Shown piece after piece: positions 60,331 through 64,000 of a DNA stretch of 64,000 bases (position 1 is its first letter; each line of letters starts with the position of its first letter). The notes under the pieces are model-generated. The model did no database searches. It was not told the DNA's origin and saw only the letters and a list, made by a program, of their open reading frames with translations. Both the position numbers and the translations under genes were made by a program. The DNA is taken from contig CAWALA010000012.1 in assembly GCA_963782655.1 (NCBI GenBank), positions 9,761 through 73,760 on the forward strand, given 5' to 3'. The stretch is from an uncultured beta proteobacterium. Lineage in GTDB: Bacteria; Pseudomonadota; Gammaproteobacteria; Burkholderiales; SG8-39.

Positions 60331-60952
60331 GTGCGCGACGTCATCCTCGCCCACGGCCTGTGGGTGCCGGCGCTGGTGATGACGCCGCTCGCGGCGCGGC
60401 TGCACGACGCGGGTTTCCGCTGCCATCTCTTCGACTATCCCGGGCGCGAGCGGCCGCTCGAGGCGCACGCGGAGCGCCTGGCGCGCTACGCGCGCTGCGT
60501 CGGGCCTGCGCATTTCGTCGGCCACAGCCTGGGCGGACTGGTGGTGCTGCAGGCGCTGGAGCAGCACCGGTCGGTGGCGGCGGGGAATGTCCTGCTCCTC
60601 GGCTCCCCCGTGCGCGGCAACTTCGCGGGGCGCAGGCTGGCGCAGCACGGCTGGGGACGCTGGTTCCTCGGCGCGAGCGAGCCGCTGTGGCGCGAAGGGC
60701 CGCAGCGCGCGCTGGACGCGCCCCGAGCCGCTCGGCGTGCTCGCCGGGACGCTGCCCATCGGCCTGGGGCGCCTGTTCGGCGCGCTGCCCGGCGCCAACG
60801 ACGGCGTGGTGCGGCTGGAGGAAACCGAGGTGGAGGGCATGCGCGAGCGCGTGGTCCTTCCGGTGGGCCACAGCGCGATGCTGGTGTCGGCGCGCGTGGC
60901 GGCGCAGGCGGTGTCCTTCCTCAGCGATGCGCACTTTCTGCCTCGCGCTTAG
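60331..60952 (+). CDS. small alpha/beta hydrolase
   Basis: AHGLW, VGHSLGG (GxSxG), NDGVV, GHSAML. Confidence 0.85.
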
Positions 60953-61890
60953 CGCGCTCCTCCTCGCGGGCTGCGAGACGCTCGCCTACTACGGCCAGGC
61001 GGCCGGCGGGCATCTCGCGCTGATGGCGCCGCGCCCGCCCGCTCGAGGAGGTCGATCGCGGATCCGGCGCTGCGCGAACGGCTGAAGACTCGCGGCGCGC
61101 GATCCGCGACTTCGCCTCGCGCGAGCTGCAGCTGCCCGACAACGGGTCCTACCGCAGCTACGCGGACCTCGGGCGGCCCTACGCCGTGTGGAACGTGGTG
61201 GCGGCACCGGAGTTCTCGCTCGGGCCGCTGCAGTCCTGCTTTCCGTTCGCCGGTTGCGTGACCTACCGCGGCTACTACGACAGGGCGGCGGCGGAGCGCT
61301 ACGCGGCAGGGCTGCGCGCTGCGGGCAACGACGTGGTCGTCTACGGCGTGCCCGCCTATTCGACGCTCGGCTGGTTCGACGACCCGCTGCTCTCGACCTT
61401 CATCGGCTACCCGGACGCGGACCTGGCGCGGCTCATCTTCCACGAGCTCGCGCATCAGCGTGCTCTACGTGAAGGACGACACCACCTTCAACGAATCCTT
61501 CGCGGTGGCGGTGGAGCGCGAAGGGTTGCGGCGCTGGCTCGCCGCGCAGGGGCGCGAGGCAGCCGCCTGAGCGCAGCCCCGCGCCGCAGATCGCCGCGGT
61601 GCGCGCGCGGCTCGAGACGCTCTACCGCACGCGCCTCGCGCCGCAGGCGATGCGCGAAAGGAAGCGCGCGGAACTGGAGGCGCTGCGGCCGGTGATGGCG
61701 CGCATGCCCGCGTTCGAGGGCCAGGAGCCGAACAATGCGTTCCTCGCGTCGTATGCGACCTACACGGACCTGGTGCCCGCGTTCGAGAAGCTGCTTGCGG
61801 AGGCGAAGGGCGACCTGCCGGCGTTCTACGCGCTGGCGAGGAAGTTCGCTGGCGAGCGGTCCAGCCCCAAGGCGCTACCGCGCCGTCCAG
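60927..61890 (+). CDS. putative lipoprotein zinc aminopeptidase (3' end approximate)
   Basis: Lipobox [36 protein letters not shown] (HExxH), FNESFA, NNA. Confidence 0.85.
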
Positions 61891-62632
61891 CCCAGATCCA
61901 TCGTCAGCGCCGCGCCCGTGATCACGCCGGCCGCGTCGCCGCACAGGTAGGCGACGAAATCCGGCCACTTCGCGCGGCTCGATCAGGCGCTTCACCGCCG
62001 CCGGCGCGAGCATGATCTTCTCGATCACTTCCTCCGGCGACATGTTGTTGGCCTTCGCCTGGTCGGCGATCTGGCTGTCCACCAGCGGCGTCCGGACGTA
62101 GGCCGGGCAGATGGCGTTCACCGTGATGCCGTGCTCGCCGCCCTCGAGCGCCGCGGTGCGCGTGAGGCCGATCAGGCCGTGCTTGGCGGAGATGTAGCCG
62201 ACCTTGAACGGCGAGGCGACGAGCGCGTGGATCGAGGCGATGTTCACCACGCGGCCCCATTTCTGCTTCTTCATCGCCGGCCAGCAGTAGCGCGTGAGCA
62301 GGAACGGCGCGGTGAGCATCAGCGCCAGCATGCGTTCCCATTGGTCCTCCGGGAAATCCTCGATCGGCGAGACGTGCTGGAAGCCGGCGTTGTTCACCAG
62401 CACGTGCACCGTGCCGTGGGCCTTGAGCGTCTGCGTCGACCAGCTTCCGGCAGCCGTCGCGCGAGGTGAGGTCGGCAGCGACGAAAGTCCCGCCCAGGCG
62501 CTTCGCGTGCTCGGCGCCCGCCTTCTCGTTCACGTCGGCGAGCACCACCTTCATGCCGTCGGCCGCGAGGCGCTCGGCGCAGGCGAGGCCGATGCCGCTC
62601 GCGGCGCCGGTGACGATGGCGACCTTGCTCAT
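61875..62632 (-). CDS. 3-hydroxybutyrate dehydrogenase (SDR)
   Basis: [57 protein letters not shown]. Confidence 0.88.
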
Positions 62633-63258
62633 GTGAGCGGCAGGTCCACGTGCTTGGCGGAACGCCGCGCGCTCGCGAGCAGGCGCGTCGAACCAGGCCT
62701 CGAGGTGCGGCAGCGGCGGGCGCTCGATCGGCACGCGCATGTAGCGCTGCACCTCGCAGCCGATCGGGATGTCGCCCATGGTGAAGGCTGTGCCGGCGAC
62801 ATAGGGCCTGTCCGCGAGCGCCTGCTCGAGGATCGCGGCGAGCTCGCGTGCTCTTCTTGCGGCCTTCCTCGATCGCCTTCGCGTCGCGCTTCTCGGGCGG
62901 CGTGCGGATCAGGCCCCAGAACACGTTGCGCATCGCGTTCTGGAAGGTGAAGGCCCAGTCCATCCAGCGCTCGGCGTCGGCGCGCGCGCTCAGGTCGGTC
63001 GGCCAGAGCTTGCCCGCGCCGTGCTTCGCGCACAGGTAGCGCACGATCGTGTGCGACTCCCACAGCACGAAGCCGTCGTCGTCGATGGTCGGCACCAGGC
63101 CCGTTGGGGTTCATCTTGCGGTACTCGGGCGTGTTCACCACGCCGTACTGCATGCCCGCGTCGATGCGCTCGTGCGGCAGGCCGAGCTCCGCCACGCACC
63201 ACATCGCCTTCTTCACGTTGACCGAATTGACCCGGCCCCAGATCTTCAGCATCGTCAT
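62629..63258 (-). CDS. glutathione S-transferase (GstB-like)
   Basis: IWGRVNSVNVKK, NPNG.VPTIDD, WESHTI, ERWMDW. Confidence 0.9.
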   Translation of the reverse strand: MTMLKIWGRVNSVNVKKAMWCVAELGLPHERIDAGMQYGVVNTPEYRKMNPNGPGADHRRRRLRAVGVAHDRALPVREARRGQALADRPERARRRRALDGLGLHLPERDAQRVLGPDPHAAREARREGDRGRPQEEHASSPRSSSRRSRTGPMSPAQPSPWATSRSAARCSATCACRSSARRCRTSRPGSTRLLASARRSAKHVDLPLT

Positions 63259-63263
63259 CTCCG

Positions 63264-63288
63264 GAAAATAGGGACAGACCCCATTTTC
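63264..63288. repeat. short REP-like palindrome between ggt and gst
   Basis: GAAAATAGGG-ACAGA-CCCCATTTTC; the single mismatch becomes a G-U pair on the transcribed (-) strand. Confidence 0.5.
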
Positions 63289-64000
63289 AGAATCCTACTG
63301 CCTGCCCATCTCGCCGCGGGTCGCTGGCGGCGATGTAGCCGCCATCGGTCTTCCAGATCATCTGCGCGCTGCCGAACTGGTTGTAGTCGTCCACGTTGAC
63401 GATCTTGTGGCCGCGCTTCTGCAGCTCTTCCAGCGTCGAGCCGGAGAAGCCGCCTTCCTCCACGCTCACGTCCATGCCCTGCACGAAGCGGAAGCGCGGG
63501 CCGTCGCAGGCCGCCTGCGGGTGCTGGCCGTAGTCGGCGATGCGCACCACGACCTGCGCGTGGCCCTGCGGCTGCATGGTGCCGCCCATCACGCCGAAGC
63601 TCATCACCGGCTTGCCGTCCTTGGTGAGGAAGCCCGGGATGATGGTCTGGTAGGGGCGCTTCTTCGGCCCGACGCGGTTCGGGTGCCCGGGCTTGAGCGA
63701 AAAGGTGCCGCCGCGGTTCTGCAGCGAGATGCCCGTGCCCGGCACCACCACGCCCGAGCCGAAGCCCATGTAGTTCGACTGGATGAAGGAAACCATCATG
63801 CCGGACGCGTCGGCGGCGGTGAGGTACACGGTGCCGCCCTTGGGCGGCTTGCCGTGGCCGAAGTCCTGCGCCTTCTTCAGGTCGATGAGCTTGGCGCGCT
63901 CCTTGAGGTAGCCGGCGTCCAGCAGCTGCGGCGGCTTCACCTCCACCATGTGATCGAGGTCCGCGACGTAAGCGCCAGGCATCCGCGAAGGCGAGCTTCT
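63287..64000 (-). CDS. ggt: gamma-glutamyltranspeptidase (3' part; start outside window)
   Basis: Autocatalytic Thr in GGTVYL, SFIQSNY.GFGSG, LQNRG, KRPYQTIIP, GVMGG.MQPQGH, SDPRRDGQA. Confidence 0.93.
   Translation of the reverse strand, partial: RSSPSRMPGAYVADLDHMVEVKPPQLLDAGYLKERAKLIDLKKAQDFGHGKPPKGGTVYLTAADASGMMVSFIQSNYMGFGSGVVVPGTGISLQNRGGTFSLKPGHPNRVGPKKRPYQTIIPGFLTKDGKPVMSFGVMGGTMQPQGHAQVVVRIADYGQHPQAACDGPRFRFVQGMDVSVEEGGFSGSTLEELQKRGHKIVNVDDYNQFGSAQMIWKTDGGYIAASDPRRDGQAVGF

Overview
A very GC-rich betaproteobacterial (Burkholderiales/Rhodocyclales-like) chromosomal segment, almost entirely core and housekeeping genes. Many genes carry 1-bp indels that break reading frames, densest at about 14.5-23 kb and also in essential genes. 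These are best read as long-read consensus errors, so some CDS ends below are approximate. Gene order: purD-purH-fis-dusB-ubiH-pepP-murU-amgK (-); lptD-surA-pdxA-rsmA (+); gloA-plsC-gmhB-glyS-glyQ-lnt-corC-ybeY-phoH-miaB-hypothetical-tRNA-Met (-); ubiF/I-like-dsbC (+); mltA, TPR/GT41 glycosyltransferase, apaG (-); rpe-trpL-trpEGDC, porin, coq7 (+); osmC-like (-); CU-rich sRNA, rplM-rpsI, DUF6776-like, bactofilin, erpA (+); anmK, M23 peptidase (-); tyrS, metallo-hydrolase, a TRAP system with two binding proteins (+); then a metabolic block (MalY, ChaC, BKACE, sulfite-oxidase family, ComDE-like, TlpA, methyltransferase, FAD oxidase, nitroreductase, ABC binding protein, CitE-like, MFS, thioesterase, hydrolase, aminopeptidase, bdh, GST, ggt). 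I saw no mobile element, prophage, CRISPR array or defence system. The most interesting signals are regulatory and small-gene features: (1) a 3-Trp leader peptide whose coding region pairs with the trpE Shine-Dalgarno (a candidate translational attenuator); (2) a CU-rich anti-SD sRNA with complementary ribosome-binding sites in the window; (3) a 30-aa membrane microprotein head-to-head with mltA; (4) repeated leaderless promoters whose -10 box reuses the upstream stop codon or overlaps a divergent -10 box.
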